DNA from: Planctomycetota bacterium
Lineage (GTDB): Bacteria; Planctomycetota; UBA11346
Assembly: GCA_013816485.1 (NCBI GenBank)
Contig: JACDEI010000003.1
Location: 77,988-141,987, forward strand
Direction of reading: 5' to 3'
Length of the DNA stretch: 64,000 nt
The translations under genes were made by a program, and so were the position numbers. How positions within the stretch are numbered: position 1 is the stretch's first letter; each line of letters starts with the position of its first letter. Shown piece by piece: positions 35,406-45,569 of the stretch. The notes under the pieces were generated by a model that saw nothing but the letters and a program-made list of their open reading frames with translations, was not told where the DNA came from and made no database searches.

Positions 35406-38269
35406 TTTCCGGCCTCGGCGGCCTTCCAGAAAGCGGCTGGCAACTGGCCACGGGCGTCGGGATCGTAGCCGATTTCACGTAGGGTGCGCAGCTCTTTCAA
35501 GGCGTCGACGCCCTTCACGCCCATCTTGGGCAACACCAGACGTTCGAGCGGCATGTCCTTGAGCATGCTGACATCACGCACCTCGGTGCCGGAGAGCACC
35601 AGCCAGGTGAGCGGCATCGACAGGATCGGGCGCAGGTCGGACACCGGTACGCGATCGAGTTGCAGCATGGTCAGACGCATCGACTTCAGCGGTGAGAGAT
35701 CCTTCACCTGGACGCGGTTGAGCGTCAGGCGTTCGAGCGGCATGCCGGCGAGACCGGCGAGGTGGGTGACCTTGGTGTTGCTGAGATCCAGTTCGACCAG
35801 CGGCACGCCGAGCAGCGCGGTGAGGTCGGCGATCGGCGTCGCATCGATCGCCAGCGAGCGCAGTTGCAGGCCCTGGAGCGGCTTGGCGTCAAAGACCTTG
35901 GAATTGCTGAGCACCAGCCTCTCCAAGGGCATGCCTTTGAGCGGAGCGAGATCCGACACCCCGGTGGTGGCGAGCGACAGGCTGGTGAGTTTCAGGCCCT
36001 TGAGCGGCGTCAAATCGGAGATCGGTACACGGTTGAGCGACAGGCTGGTGAGCGGGAGCAGCTTCAGATCGTTGAAATTTTCGACCTTGGTACCGGAGAG
36101 GTCGAGGCTCTTCAGCGGCATCTTTTTCAGCGGCGAGAGATCGACCACCGGCGAATCCGAGAGGTCGAGCTGGATCAGCGGCATGTCCTTGAGCGGAGTC
36201 AGATCGGCGACCTCGGAGCGCGAGATGGTGAGGTGGGTGATCAGTTTTCCGGAGAGCGGCGCGACTCCGCGCAGGCGGGTGTCGATCAACAGGACCTTCA
36301 CCAGCGGCATCGGTGCCAGGACATTGATGTCGAGCACCTTCGAGCCGATCAACTCGATGCGGCTGATCGGCATGCCCGCCAGCGGGGTGAGGTCGGCCAG
36401 TTGGCGACCGTTGATGCTGAGCGCGAGCGAGCCGTCCTTTTCCAGCGTCAGGCCACTGCCGCTGCCGGGCCAGGCTTGTTCCAGGCGTTGCCGGTAGATG
36501 CGCAGGCGGCTGTCGGACGAGGCATCGAGCTGGCGCGCCAGCGAGGTGTCGCCCATCTGGATGAAGAGGTCGGTGAGCTGCGGCTTGATCTCATTGGTGC
36601 CTTTGTTGGCACACAGGTCGCGCAGCGCCGTGATGTTGCGGTCGTCGGGTTGGATTTTCAGGTAGGCGTCGAGATCCGCCAGCCCCTGGGCGTATTCCTG
36701 TCCGACGATGTAGAGCTTGCCGCGCAACAGGCGGGCGATCGTCAGGTCTGGATCGAACGCCAACGCCTGATCGACGTCCAGCAGCGCACTGTCGGTGTCC
36801 TGGTGGTCGATGCTGCGCAGGGCCTTCTCCACCCAGGCGGGAGCGGACTGCTTCTGATCGGCGCGCCGGCGTTCCTGCTCGTCGGTGAACTCCTGGAGAT
36901 TGGCTTCCGCTTGCAACCGTTCCGCGCGGTTGAGCGAATACCCGACGATCATCAGGCAGATCATCGCCATCATCGCCCCGCCGAGCACCACCGTTGCCGC
37001 TCGGTTGCGCTTGGCGAGTTTCAGCACGACCTCCCATGGGGTGTCGTCCTTGGCCGACACCGTGCGGCCTTCGCGGTACAGGTCGATGTCGCGAATGAGT
37101 TCTTCCGCGGTCTGGTAGCGGTGTTTTGGTTTGGTCGACAGCGCCTTCATTGCGATCGCCGCCAGTTCTGGCGGGACATGGCGTTTGCCGCCGTAACTCA
37201 GCGGATCCTTGATCTGGCCGGCGCGCACCTTCTTGAGGATCTCTTCGACATCCTTGCCGCGCACCGGCTGGTGCAGCGTCAGCAGCTCATAGAGGATTGC
37301 GCCGAGCGAGTAGACGTCGCTGCGCGCGTCGATCGCGCTGACCTCGCCGCGCGCCTGTTCGGGCGACATGTAGGCGGGTGTGCCGGCGATGACACCTTCG
37401 ATGGTGCGTTCGGCTTCGGAATCGTTGCGGAAACTGGAGATGGTGTCTTCGACCTCCTGTGACGGGATGCGCACCGCTTCGGCTTCCACCGTGCTGTCAC
37501 CCAGGTCGGGGCGGCGGCCGATGCCGACCTTGGCCAGGCCCCAGTCCATCAGCATGACCTCGCCGAAATCGCCGAGCATGATGTTGGCCGGTTTCAGGTC
37601 GCGGTGCACCACGCCCTTGCTGTGGGCGAAGGCCACGGCGTTGCACACCGACAGGAACGACGACAGCAGGTGACCGAGCGAATAAGAGCGTTCGCGCAGG
37701 TTCCCATCCTTGCGCATGTCGTCGAGCACTTGCAGCAGGCTGCGGCCCTTCACCAGTTTCATGGTGAAGTACATGCGCGCCTTGGCGTCGACGCCGATTT
37801 CGTGGATCGGCACGATGTTCGGATGTTCGAGCTGGCCGGTGACCTGGGCTTCTTCGAGGAACCGTGCGCGTTGCACCGCATTGGTGTCGTGGCGCATGAC
37901 CTTCATCGCCACATCGCGGCGCACCATGCGGTCGGTGGTGCGCAGGATGACGCCCATGCCGCCGCGGCCGATCTCCTTGGCGTCGGCGTATTTCTCCTGC
38001 ACGTTCGCCAGCTTAAGAATGTCGTCGACCGTCTGCGGCACCACACCAGGGACCGAGGCCCGTGGCACCTGGACACCACCGCCCAGCGCCTCACGCGCGA
38101 CGCGCGGATGTTTGTCGGTCTCTTTGTTCAGCGGCGCGAGCGTGAAGGTGTTGCTGCACACTTTGCAGGTCAGGCGCGTACCGGCGGCGAGGTTGCCCGT
38201 GCGGTACCGTTTGCCGCAGGTCGGACAGGGAGTGACGTCGGGGACTGTTGGCTGGTCGGGAGTGGTCAC
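35402..38269 (-). CDS. Ser/Thr protein kinase with zinc ribbon, TM segment, TPR-like region and about 14 leucine-rich repeats (955 aa)
   Basis: The zinc ribbon is CPTC...CKVC. Kinase motifs are VAMKVM, HRDLKPANIML, DWGLAK and GTPAYMSPEQ. The TM helix is AATVVLGGAMMAMICLMIVGY. The C-terminal 22-aa LRR units look like LTPLKGMPLERLVLSNSKVFDA. Confidence 0.9.
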   Translation of the reverse strand: MTTPDQPTVPDVTPCPTCGKRYRTGNLAAGTRLTCKVCSNTFTLAPLNKETDKHPRVAREALGGGVQVPRASVPGVVPQTVDDILKLANVQEKYADAKEIGRGGMGVILRTTDRMVRRDVAMKVMRHDTNAVQRARFLEEAQVTGQLEHPNIVPIHEIGVDAKARMYFTMKLVKGRSLLQVLDDMRKDGNLRERSYSLGHLLSSFLSVCNAVAFAHSKGVVHRDLKPANIMLGDFGEVMLMDWGLAKVGIGRRPDLGDSTVEAEAVRIPSQEVEDTISSFRNDSEAERTIEGVIAGTPAYMSPEQARGEVSAIDARSDVYSLGAILYELLTLHQPVRGKDVEEILKKVRAGQIKDPLSYGGKRHVPPELAAIAMKALSTKPKHRYQTAEELIRDIDLYREGRTVSAKDDTPWEVVLKLAKRNRAATVVLGGAMMAMICLMIVGYSLNRAERLQAEANLQEFTDEQERRRADQKQSAPAWVEKALRSIDHQDTDSALLDVDQALAFDPDLTIARLLRGKLYIVGQEYAQGLADLDAYLKIQPDDRNITALRDLCANKGTNEIKPQLTDLFIQMGDTSLARQLDASSDSRLRIYRQRLEQAWPGSGSGLTLEKDGSLALSINGRQLADLTPLAGMPISRIELIGSKVLDINVLAPMPLVKVLLIDTRLRGVAPLSGKLITHLTISRSEVADLTPLKDMPLIQLDLSDSPVVDLSPLKKMPLKSLDLSGTKVENFNDLKLLPLTSLSLNRVPISDLTPLKGLKLTSLSLATTGVSDLAPLKGMPLERLVLSNSKVFDAKPLQGLQLRSLAIDATPIADLTALLGVPLVELDLSNTKVTHLAGLAGMPLERLTLNRVQVKDLSPLKSMRLTMLQLDRVPVSDLRPILSMPLTWLVLSGTEVRDVSMLKDMPLERLVLPKMGVKGVDALKELRTLREIGYDPDARGQLPAAFWKAAEAGK
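35480..36450 (-). repeat. Coding leucine-rich-repeat array (about 66-nt period) within the kinase gene
   Basis: The motif L.PL.GMPL..L.L..T.V.DL recurs in the translation. Boundaries are approximate. Confidence 0.7.
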
Positions 38270-38361
38270 GGCGGCTCGGCGCTAATCGTTGGGCGTCGAG
38301 GGGGAGGCGCAAGCAGACCTCACGGAAGGCTTCGAGCCTTCCGTGACTGCCTCGCTTGGGG

Positions 38362-38631
38362 TCAGCAGCAGCGCGAGCCGCCGGCGCGGTGATCCAGGTA
38401 GCGTTTGTAGAATTCCCTACGATTCAGCAGCTCGTGGCCATGGCCCTGGTGCTCGGCCAAGTAGCGCTCATAGGCGTCGTCGCCCGACCAGCGGCGCAAG
38501 TAGGCGACCACCTGACGCCACCACGCCTGCGGTGGTTTCCCGACCGGCGGGCACACGCTGGTCGGCACAGGTCGCAACGGTGCTGGTACTTGGTCGCAGC
38601 CGTGCATGCAGGTGTGGTCGTGCGCCGTCAT
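38362..38631 (-). CDS. YbdD/YjiX (DUF466) family small protein, CstA partner (89 aa)
   Basis: Its start overlaps the cstA stop (ATGA). The C-terminus is WSGDDAYERYLAEHQGHGHELLNRREFYKRYLDHRAGGSRCC, with the family-typical ...RCC end. It corresponds to the tail of track ORF 38362..39525. Confidence 0.75.
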   Translation of the reverse strand: MTAHDHTCMHGCDQVPAPLRPVPTSVCPPVGKPPQAWWRQVVAYLRRWSGDDAYERYLAEHQGHGHELLNRREFYKRYLDHRAGGSRCC

Positions 38632-40787
38632 GCGGGACCACCCGGCACGGTGCCATCCGGCATGGGCGAGGTCTCGGTGTTCACCAGCGGTTTGCGCCCA
38701 CTCAGCAGCGCCCACGACTGCCACGCGCACAACACCAGCATCAGCGTGATCACGCTCATGAAGATCGCGCAGAGCGTGCAATTGAGGTATTGATTGAAGC
38801 GCAGGTGCTTGAGCTTGCCGAGCTGCACGTCGCTCAGCACCACAGCCGGTACGGCGGTGGCAGCAGACGAAGCGGTAGCAGCGGAAGCCGCGGAAGCCGC
38901 CTCGATCTGCTGGGTGATCTCCGCCGCTCGTGCGAGGAACCCGACCTTCGGACTGGGATCGTTGATCTTGATCCAGCCGGCGGACAGGGTGACCGTCGCC
39001 AACCACACCAGCGGCAGCAAGGTCATCCACGCCCAGCGCGCCTTGCCCATGCGGATGATCATCACCGTGCCGACCGCCAGGGCGATGGTGGCGAGCAACT
39101 GGTTGGCGATGCCGAACAATGGCAGCAGCGCGCGTACGCCGCCGTCGGTGTCGGCGATCGAGGCGAGCACGAAGTAGCCCCAGCCCAGCACCACGATGGC
39201 GCTGGCGCCGATCACCGCCGGCCACCAGTTCAGACGTCCGAACGGCTTGTACACGTGGCCGAGCAGATCCTGCAACAGGAAGCGTCCGACGCGGGTACCG
39301 GCATCGACGGTGGTGAGGATGAACAGCGCCTCGAACATGATGGCGAAATGGTACCAGGTCGCCATCAGCGCCTTGCCGCCCAGCACTTGGCTGAAGATGT
39401 GCGCCATGCCAACCGCCAGCGTCGCCGCACCACCTACGCGTGCGACGATGGTCTTCTCCTCCACATCCGTGGCGGCCTGTTGCAGGTCCTCCGGTGTGAT
39501 GGTCATGTTGAGCGGTTCGATCCACCCATTGACCTTGGCGGCGACCGCCACGAGGTCGCCGCCGAGCGCTCCCAGGCTGCCGGCATTCATCGCGTAATAG
39601 ATGCCGGGATGCAGCGCACAGGCGGCGATCAGCGCCAGAATAGCTACCAGGCTCTCGGTCAGCATGCCGCCGTAACCGATGATCGGCGCATCGCTTTCAC
39701 GCGCGATCATCTTCGGCGTGGTGCCGCTCGACACGAGCGCATGAAAGCCGCTGATCGCCCCGCAGGCGATAGTGATGAAGCAGAAAGGGAAGAGCTGACC
39801 AGAGACCACCGGTCCGCTGCCGTCAGCCCATGCGCCGTCACCGACCACCAGCGGATTGACCATCGGCATGTTGAGCGTCGGCAGCACGATCAGGATGCCG
39901 GCCGCCAGCATCAGGATGGTGCCGACCTTGACGAAGGCGCTGAGGTAGTCGCGCGGCGCGAGCAGCATCCACACCGGCAGCACCGCGGCGATGAAGCCGT
40001 AGACGATGATGCCCCAGGCCACGTAGGTGGGTTCGAAGGTGAAGGTTTCGGCCAGGGTCGGGTGGACGCTCACCACGTGGCCGAGCCACAGCGCTACTCC
40101 TAGCAGCACCAAGCCGATGGCGCTGGCTTCGAGCACCTTGCCCGGACGGATGATGCGCATCCAGAAACCCATCAGCAGTGCGATCGGGATGGTCGCCAGC
40201 ACCGTGACGGTGGCCCATGGCGATTCCGCCATGGCGTACACCACCACTAGGCTGAGGAAGGCGATGAGGATGAGGATGATGCCGAACACCGCGATGAGCG
40301 CCAACACGCCAGCGACGGGCCCCGCCTCTTCTTTGGCCAGTTGGCCGAGCGACTTGCCGTCGCGCCGCATCGAGCCGCAGAGGATCACCAGATCCTGCAC
40401 CGCGCCGCCCAGCACCACGCCGATGATGATCCACAGCGCTCCTGGCAGCACACCGAACTGCGCGGCGAGGATTGGTCCGACCAGCGGACCGGCGCCAGCG
40501 ATGGCGGCGAAGTGATGGCCGAACAGGACCCACTTGCCGGTCGGCACGTAGTCATGGCCATCATTCAGGCGGATCGCCGGGGTGCTGCGGCGGTCATCCA
40601 GGGCGAAGATCCGCTGGCTGACGAAACGGCTGTAGAAGCGGTAACCCACCGCGTAGCAGCACAACGCCGCGACCAGCAGCCAGGCGGCATTGATATGTTC
40701 GCCACGGTTGAGGGCCATGCCAGCGAGGGCGCCGGCACCCAGGAGCGAAATCAGGCTCCAGAGGATGATCGAACCGATGGATTTCAT
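38628..40787 (-). CDS. cstA: Carbon starvation protein A (pyruvate/peptide transporter family), 719 aa
   Basis: Starts MKSIGSIILWSLISLLGAGALAG...GYRFYSRF and contains HHFAAIAGAGPLVGPILAAQFG, with many TM helices. The 358 upstream codons of track ORF 38628..41861 are not CstA-like. Confidence 0.9.
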   Translation of the reverse strand: MKSIGSIILWSLISLLGAGALAGMALNRGEHINAAWLLVAALCCYAVGYRFYSRFVSQRIFALDDRRSTPAIRLNDGHDYVPTGKWVLFGHHFAAIAGAGPLVGPILAAQFGVLPGALWIIIGVVLGGAVQDLVILCGSMRRDGKSLGQLAKEEAGPVAGVLALIAVFGIILILIAFLSLVVVYAMAESPWATVTVLATIPIALLMGFWMRIIRPGKVLEASAIGLVLLGVALWLGHVVSVHPTLAETFTFEPTYVAWGIIVYGFIAAVLPVWMLLAPRDYLSAFVKVGTILMLAAGILIVLPTLNMPMVNPLVVGDGAWADGSGPVVSGQLFPFCFITIACGAISGFHALVSSGTTPKMIARESDAPIIGYGGMLTESLVAILALIAACALHPGIYYAMNAGSLGALGGDLVAVAAKVNGWIEPLNMTITPEDLQQAATDVEEKTIVARVGGAATLAVGMAHIFSQVLGGKALMATWYHFAIMFEALFILTTVDAGTRVGRFLLQDLLGHVYKPFGRLNWWPAVIGASAIVVLGWGYFVLASIADTDGGVRALLPLFGIANQLLATIALAVGTVMIIRMGKARWAWMTLLPLVWLATVTLSAGWIKINDPSPKVGFLARAAEITQQIEAASAASAATASSAATAVPAVVLSDVQLGKLKHLRFNQYLNCTLCAIFMSVITLMLVLCAWQSWALLSGRKPLVNTETSPMPDGTVPGGPA

Positions 40788-41003
40788 CCGCACCTCGGGA
40801 AAAAGCGGCGTCGGCGAGAACGCCGGAGCCGCGCGTGGACGCGGGAAGGTAGAGGGCATGCCGGCATCTCCAACTGCCGGGATGGGTAGCTGGCAGCGCC
40901 GCCTGCCACATTCCCGCCGGAGGCTGCCAAGCGTCCATACGGCGGTGACGGCGCACATCCGAGCATGGACGACGCGCATCCGGCCCGCTATTCCATGAGC
41001 GCG

Positions 41004-42422
41004 ATGCGGCATCCCATGAACCTCCTGGTCCCCATGCTGCTGGCGCTGGCTGCCCCAGGCACCGCCGCGGTCTATGGTCTGCCGGAACCGCCGACGCCCG
41101 CGCCGACACCACAACTGTGGTTCAACTTCTCCGACGACTTCCTGGGCATGGCGGTGCTCAACACCGACGATTATCGCACCGTCAACATCACCATCGGTGG
41201 GCGCTGGGACGGTTGGCGCTTCGCCGCTGACGCCAGCATGCTGACCAACCGCGGACGTGATGGCACCACGCCGAGCCGCACCGATGAGCTGACCTACAGC
41301 CTGGGCTACGCCGTGCTCGACCGTGAGCGCGAAGAGACTTGGAAGGCGTTGCTGACGCTGGGCATCGGCGGTCGCACCTATGGCGATCTCGGCGGCGAGT
41401 CGGTGCAGAACCACATCCACGAGACCTTCGGTTACAAGACCGTGTACCTGCCCTACGACTCGGAAGAGGGCACTGACGGATTCGCCTTCTTCCACACCCG
41501 CATGACTGGCGTGCCAGCGTGGGAATACCAGTTCAGTGGTCCGTTCGGAAAATGGGCGGCGCAGATCGAGGGTGGAGGGCTGGTCAGCACCGGCGAGGAA
41601 ATCCAATTGTATGGCGGTGCCAACCTGGTGTCGCTGGGCACCGATAGCATGGCGTGGATCGGTGCGCGTTATCAGTGGCACAACGACACCTACCTGACGC
41701 GTACCTCGCAGATCGTTGGCGAGAAGGAAACCGGCTGGTGGTTGGTGGTCGGCCTCAGCCGCACGCCCGGCGTCCTGGTCACGGCGAGTCTGAATCCGGA
41801 TCGCGAAACGGTTGCCGGCACGCTTGGCCTGACGTTCGACACGGCAGCCAAGCCCAATCACGAGGGCGCAGGATATCGCGTCGATAATTCGCTGAAATTT
41901 TTCCCAGGCGGCGGCAACACTGGCCTCGACATCCGTTGGCAGCCCGGGTGGTTGGCGGAGATGTCCCTCAGTCCACGCGACGTGCTGGTGCTCTGTTACG
42001 ACTTCGGTGCGGTCACGGCCTACGAGGACTGGCAGGATTGTTACGTCGGTTTCGATCAGTTGGTGATGGGTTGGGCACCGACCTGGGAGATCAAAACACT
42101 CAAACGTCTACACTGGAGTATCGCCGGGTATCTCGCTGGCGGTGTGCGGTTGGAGCGCATCCACGAGGAAGACGGCACACCACGTTTTGTCGAAGATGAC
42201 GTGCAGGTCGCGGCGGTAGCACAAGGTGAGCTCGCGATGCGCTTCGGCTGGCGATTCAGCGATAAAGGTGACACGTGGCTGGATCAACTTCGCCTCGGCG
42301 TTGGCGTCGACGGTTGGTTGCCCTGGCCCAGCGCGACAGCACGTAACGGCGCGGATGTCGACGAGTACATGGAACCGGGAGTCTCCGCTCACTTGTCCTT
42401 CGGCCTAACCGTCGATTGGTGA
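41004..42422 (+). CDS. Secreted beta-barrel-like hypothetical protein (possible LpxR/DUF2219-like N-terminal motif)
   Basis: The signal-like N-terminus is MRHPMNLLVPMLLALAAPGTAAV. FNFSDDFLGMAVLNTDDYRT recalls the LpxR-family N-terminus. Alternating-residue strands are present and the protein ends in W. The start is uncertain (40995, 41004 or 41016). Confidence 0.45.
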   Translation: MRHPMNLLVPMLLALAAPGTAAVYGLPEPPTPAPTPQLWFNFSDDFLGMAVLNTDDYRTVNITIGGRWDGWRFAADASMLTNRGRDGTTPSRTDELTYSLGYAVLDREREETWKALLTLGIGGRTYGDLGGESVQNHIHETFGYKTVYLPYDSEEGTDGFAFFHTRMTGVPAWEYQFSGPFGKWAAQIEGGGLVSTGEEIQLYGGANLVSLGTDSMAWIGARYQWHNDTYLTRTSQIVGEKETGWWLVVGLSRTPGVLVTASLNPDRETVAGTLGLTFDTAAKPNHEGAGYRVDNSLKFFPGGGNTGLDIRWQPGWLAEMSLSPRDVLVLCYDFGAVTAYEDWQDCYVGFDQLVMGWAPTWEIKTLKRLHWSIAGYLAGGVRLERIHEEDGTPRFVEDDVQVAAVAQGELAMRFGWRFSDKGDTWLDQLRLGVGVDGWLPWPSATARNGADVDEYMEPGVSAHLSFGLTVDW

Positions 42423-42520
42423 GCAGACGGTGAGCAGACGGTGACCAGACGGCGCGCGCGAGCGGGGTCTTGAGCCGCTGCCTGCGCCCACCACCGTGTG
42501 TGCTGCGTAGGAGCCCAACC

Positions 42521-43507
42521 ATGACCTTTGCCGCCAATCGATATGATCGCATGACCTACCGCCGCTGCGGCCATTCCGGTCTGCTGCTACCAGCGGTGAG
42601 CCTGGGTGGCTGGCAGGCGATCGGCAGCTACCGCGACGACAGCGCGGCCAAGGCGATCTTCACCACCGCCTTCGATGCCGGCATCACCCACTTCGACTTC
42701 GCCAACAACTACGGCAAACCCTCGGGCGCGAGCGAGGAGGTCTTCGGCCGCATCGTCGCCGACTTCCCACGTGAGGAACTGGTCATCAGCTCCAAGGCCG
42801 GCTACCGCATGTGGCCCGGCCCCTATGGCGAATGGGGCTCGCGCAAATACCTCATCGAATCGTGCGAGCAGTCGCTGAAGCGTTTGCAGGTCGATCACCT
42901 CGACATCTTCTATTCGCACCGTCCCGATCCCAACACGCCGCTCGATGAGACCATCGGTGCGCTCGACCAGCTCGTGCGTCAAGGCAAGGCACTCTACGCC
43001 GGCATCAGCAACTACACCGACCCCGCTTTCACCCGCGCGGTCGAACTGACTAAACAACGTGCGTGGGCCCCGCTGACCATCCATCAGCCGCGTTACCATT
43101 TATTTGAACGCGACGTCGAACACACCGTACTGCCGACCGCCGGGCGCGAGGGGGTGGGCGTGATCATCTTTAGTCCGTTGGCGCAGGGTATTTTGACTGA
43201 TCGTTACCTCGACGGCATCCCCGCCGGCTCACGCGCCGCCACTGACCCAGGCAACGGCGGCATCGGCCGTGACGCCGTTAAACCCGAGGTCATCGCCCGC
43301 GTGCGCAAGCTCAGCGAGGTCGCCAAACGCCGCGGCCAGACCATGGCGCAGATGGCCCTCGCCTGGGTGCTGAAGGACCCGCGTGTGACTTCGGTGCTGA
43401 TTGGTGCCAGTTCGCCCGAACAAGTGCTGCAAAACGTCGCCTGCCTGGGCAACCTGTCGTTCAGCGGCCACGAACTGGATGAAATCGACCGCATCTGCGC
43501 GGGATGA
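42521..43507 (+). CDS. Aldo/keto reductase (YghZ/Tas-like), 328 aa
   Basis: ATG 42521 lies behind AGGAG. Motifs present: GITHFDFANNYG, LDIFYSHRPD and IFSPLAQGILT. Confidence 0.9.
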   Translation: MTFAANRYDRMTYRRCGHSGLLLPAVSLGGWQAIGSYRDDSAAKAIFTTAFDAGITHFDFANNYGKPSGASEEVFGRIVADFPREELVISSKAGYRMWPGPYGEWGSRKYLIESCEQSLKRLQVDHLDIFYSHRPDPNTPLDETIGALDQLVRQGKALYAGISNYTDPAFTRAVELTKQRAWAPLTIHQPRYHLFERDVEHTVLPTAGREGVGVIIFSPLAQGILTDRYLDGIPAGSRAATDPGNGGIGRDAVKPEVIARVRKLSEVAKRRGQTMAQMALAWVLKDPRVTSVLIGASSPEQVLQNVACLGNLSFSGHELDEIDRICAG

Positions 43508-43511
43508 AAGA

Positions 43512-43598
43512 TGGTGCCGGGACCGGGAATCGAACCCGGACGGCCTTGCGGCCGGGGGATTTTAAGTCCCCTGCGTCTGCCAATTCCGCCATCCCGGC
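43512..43598 (-). tRNA. tRNA-Leu (anticodon UAA), type II with long variable arm, CCA encoded
   Basis: The reverse complement reads GCCGGGA-UG-GCGGAAUUGGCAGACGC-A-GGGGA CUUAAAA UCCCC-CGGCCGCAAGGCCGU-CCGGG UUCGAUU CCCGG-UCCCGGC-A-CCA. All four stems pair. Length 87 nt. Confidence 0.9.
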
Positions 43599-43643
43599 TG
43601 CGTGTGGCGGCTGCATGATGTGGCGGCGGCCCGCCCGACCAAG

Positions 43644-45221
43644 TCAGTTCGCCGCGTCGCCTTGCGGTTCCGCTTGCGGGACCGGAACCGGTGTTGGCGC
43701 GGTACCCGGTTTCTTGCTGTCGCCGTCGCTCTTGGCACCCGGTAACGAGCTGGCGTCGGGGATGATCACCTGGCTGAAGAGGGCATTGAGCTGGTTGGTC
43801 ACCGCTTCGGCCTCGGTGTCGGCACCGTTGGCGTCCAGACGCAGGGCGGAGTTCGCGGCGGGATTCACCGCGACGACCAGGGCGGCCATACGCTGGTAGC
43901 GGCCTTCGCGGTAGGAATAGCGCAGAATCTTCGCCTGGCCCTTCGCCAGCGTGAGCTTCTCCTCAGCGATGCTCATGAAGTCCGCCTTGCCCTGCGCCGA
44001 GCTGACCTGGCTGGCCCAGATGCCGGCGAAATCGTTGAGGTCGGTCTGATTGCGCAGGATCTTGGCGGTGATGTAGGCGGTGTCGCTGGTGGGATCGATC
44101 CAGGTGGCGTCGCCGCCGATCGGATCAGCGCGGTTCCATCCGGGCGGCGTCGGGATGGAAATGCCGGAGAGGGTGTCCTTGAACTCGCCTTGCAACGAAC
44201 CGGCGCCGCTGCCTGCCTTCGCCGGCTCCATGCCGAGTTCGCGACGGATGCCGTTGTGGTTGTTGTCGGCGCGGAAGCCGGCCTGGTAGGCGCGGTAGCT
44301 CAGCTCGCGTGAACGTGGTAGCACTTCAGCGTTGGCGTCGGCCCAGCGGCCGAGCTTGTAATACCCTTCGGCATCGCGCCAGCCGATCGCGGCGAAACGA
44401 TCCTGGAACTCTTGCCCCAGCGCTTCGCCGCGCGGTCGCCACTGGCCGCCGTAGAATTCGAGATCCCAGCGACGCATGTATTTTGCCACGTCCTCGGCGC
44501 CGGCACCGCCGACCTGACGGATCCATGCGGCGCTGCCGATGCGGGCCGCGCGCGGGATGTCGCGCAGCAGGTCCTGGCACCAGCCCATGGCTTTGAGGAT
44601 CAACGCGACGTCTTTGCCGGCCTCGGCCTTGGCCACCACGTCGTCGACCACCTGCGAGATGATGTTGTCGGCCGCCACCAACCAGAACTCGCGGTTGCCC
44701 TGCACCATACCCATCTCGCGTGCCCAGTTCGCGGCGGCGAGCCGGGCGTCGAAATTCTCAGCGGGGATGCCGGCGATCTTCTTGTCGATGATCTGCTGGT
44801 CGGACGGCGCGGTCTCGGCAGCACTGATGGCGAAGCGCTGCACGTTGTTGGCGACGGTGAAACGTCCGAAGACGTAGAGGTTGTCGCCGTCGATGCGCGT
44901 GCGCCAGAGTTCCATCGGTCCGCTGGCGACCACCTTCGGCATGTTGTAAAACGACACCACGCCGTTGGCGACGCGACCGAGCTTGGCCGCCACCACCACG
45001 TCCTTGTCGTGCAGGAAGCCGGGGTCAGAGAGATCTTCCGGCTGTGCCAGCAGGTAGCTGTTGTCCTGGTAGACCACATAGGTGCGTTCTTTGCCCTGCA
45101 GCGTCATGCCAAAGGTCTCTTTCCACGGCTTGTCGTGGACCGGCGCATGCTGGATCGGGTCGACGGCAGCCAGGCCACCGACGAAAAGAAGCGAGGTGAC
45201 GAGCAGGCGGTATGAACGCAT
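43644..45221 (-). CDS. Secreted hypothetical protein (525 aa)
   Basis: ATG 45221 with signal peptide MRSYRLLVTSLLFVGGLAAV. The C-terminal tail is low-complexity (PGAKSDGDSKKPGTAPTPVPVPQAEPQGDAAN). I recognise no motif. Confidence 0.6.
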   Translation of the reverse strand: MRSYRLLVTSLLFVGGLAAVDPIQHAPVHDKPWKETFGMTLQGKERTYVVYQDNSYLLAQPEDLSDPGFLHDKDVVVAAKLGRVANGVVSFYNMPKVVASGPMELWRTRIDGDNLYVFGRFTVANNVQRFAISAAETAPSDQQIIDKKIAGIPAENFDARLAAANWAREMGMVQGNREFWLVAADNIISQVVDDVVAKAEAGKDVALILKAMGWCQDLLRDIPRAARIGSAAWIRQVGGAGAEDVAKYMRRWDLEFYGGQWRPRGEALGQEFQDRFAAIGWRDAEGYYKLGRWADANAEVLPRSRELSYRAYQAGFRADNNHNGIRRELGMEPAKAGSGAGSLQGEFKDTLSGISIPTPPGWNRADPIGGDATWIDPTSDTAYITAKILRNQTDLNDFAGIWASQVSSAQGKADFMSIAEEKLTLAKGQAKILRYSYREGRYQRMAALVVAVNPAANSALRLDANGADTEAEAVTNQLNALFSQVIIPDASSLPGAKSDGDSKKPGTAPTPVPVPQAEPQGDAAN

Positions 45222-45432
45222 CCGTGGACTCCAGAACGGGATGATCGCTGGCAAGATATAGCCGTGCCGACGCGGTGACACAAGCCAGGATCGACCGCAT
45301 GGTTGTGACGCATTGATGGGGGCCGTGACTTTGTCCTTGCCCCCCTGGGGGTGCTCCATACTTTCCCGCCCTCGCAACGCGGACCATGCTCGCGCGGCGA
45401 CCAACGGTCGCGATCTGACCGCTACCGATGCT

Positions 45433-45508
45433 GGGGGTATAGCTCAGTTGGTAGAGCGTCTGCATGGCATGCAGAAGGTCAGGAGTTCGAATCTCCTTAC
45501 CTCCACCA
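45433..45508 (+). tRNA. tRNA-Ala (anticodon GGC), CCA encoded
   Basis: GGGGGTA acceptor stem with a G3:U70 pair. The anticodon stem-loop is TCTGC ATGGCAT GCAGA and the T-loop is GGTTCGAATCC-like (AGGAGTTCGAATCTCCT). Length 76 nt. Confidence 0.92.
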
Positions 45509-45569
45509 GACGACGGACCCTCGGCTCGCATAGCGCCGGGGGTCTTTCGTTTCTGGTTGTTCGGGGTTC

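Noticed and set aside
38289-40103. 604-aa plus-strand ORF, and the 358-codon N-terminal extension of track ORF 38628..41861.
   Set aside because: Both overlap cstA/ybdD. The translations are low-complexity and Arg/His/Asp-rich. CstA homology begins only at MKSIGSI (start 40787).
43512-45508. Possible genomic island bounded by tRNA-Leu and tRNA-Ala.
   Set aside because: Only one ordinary-GC secreted-protein gene lies between them. There is no integrase, no direct repeat of a tRNA 3' end, and the tRNAs point in opposite directions.
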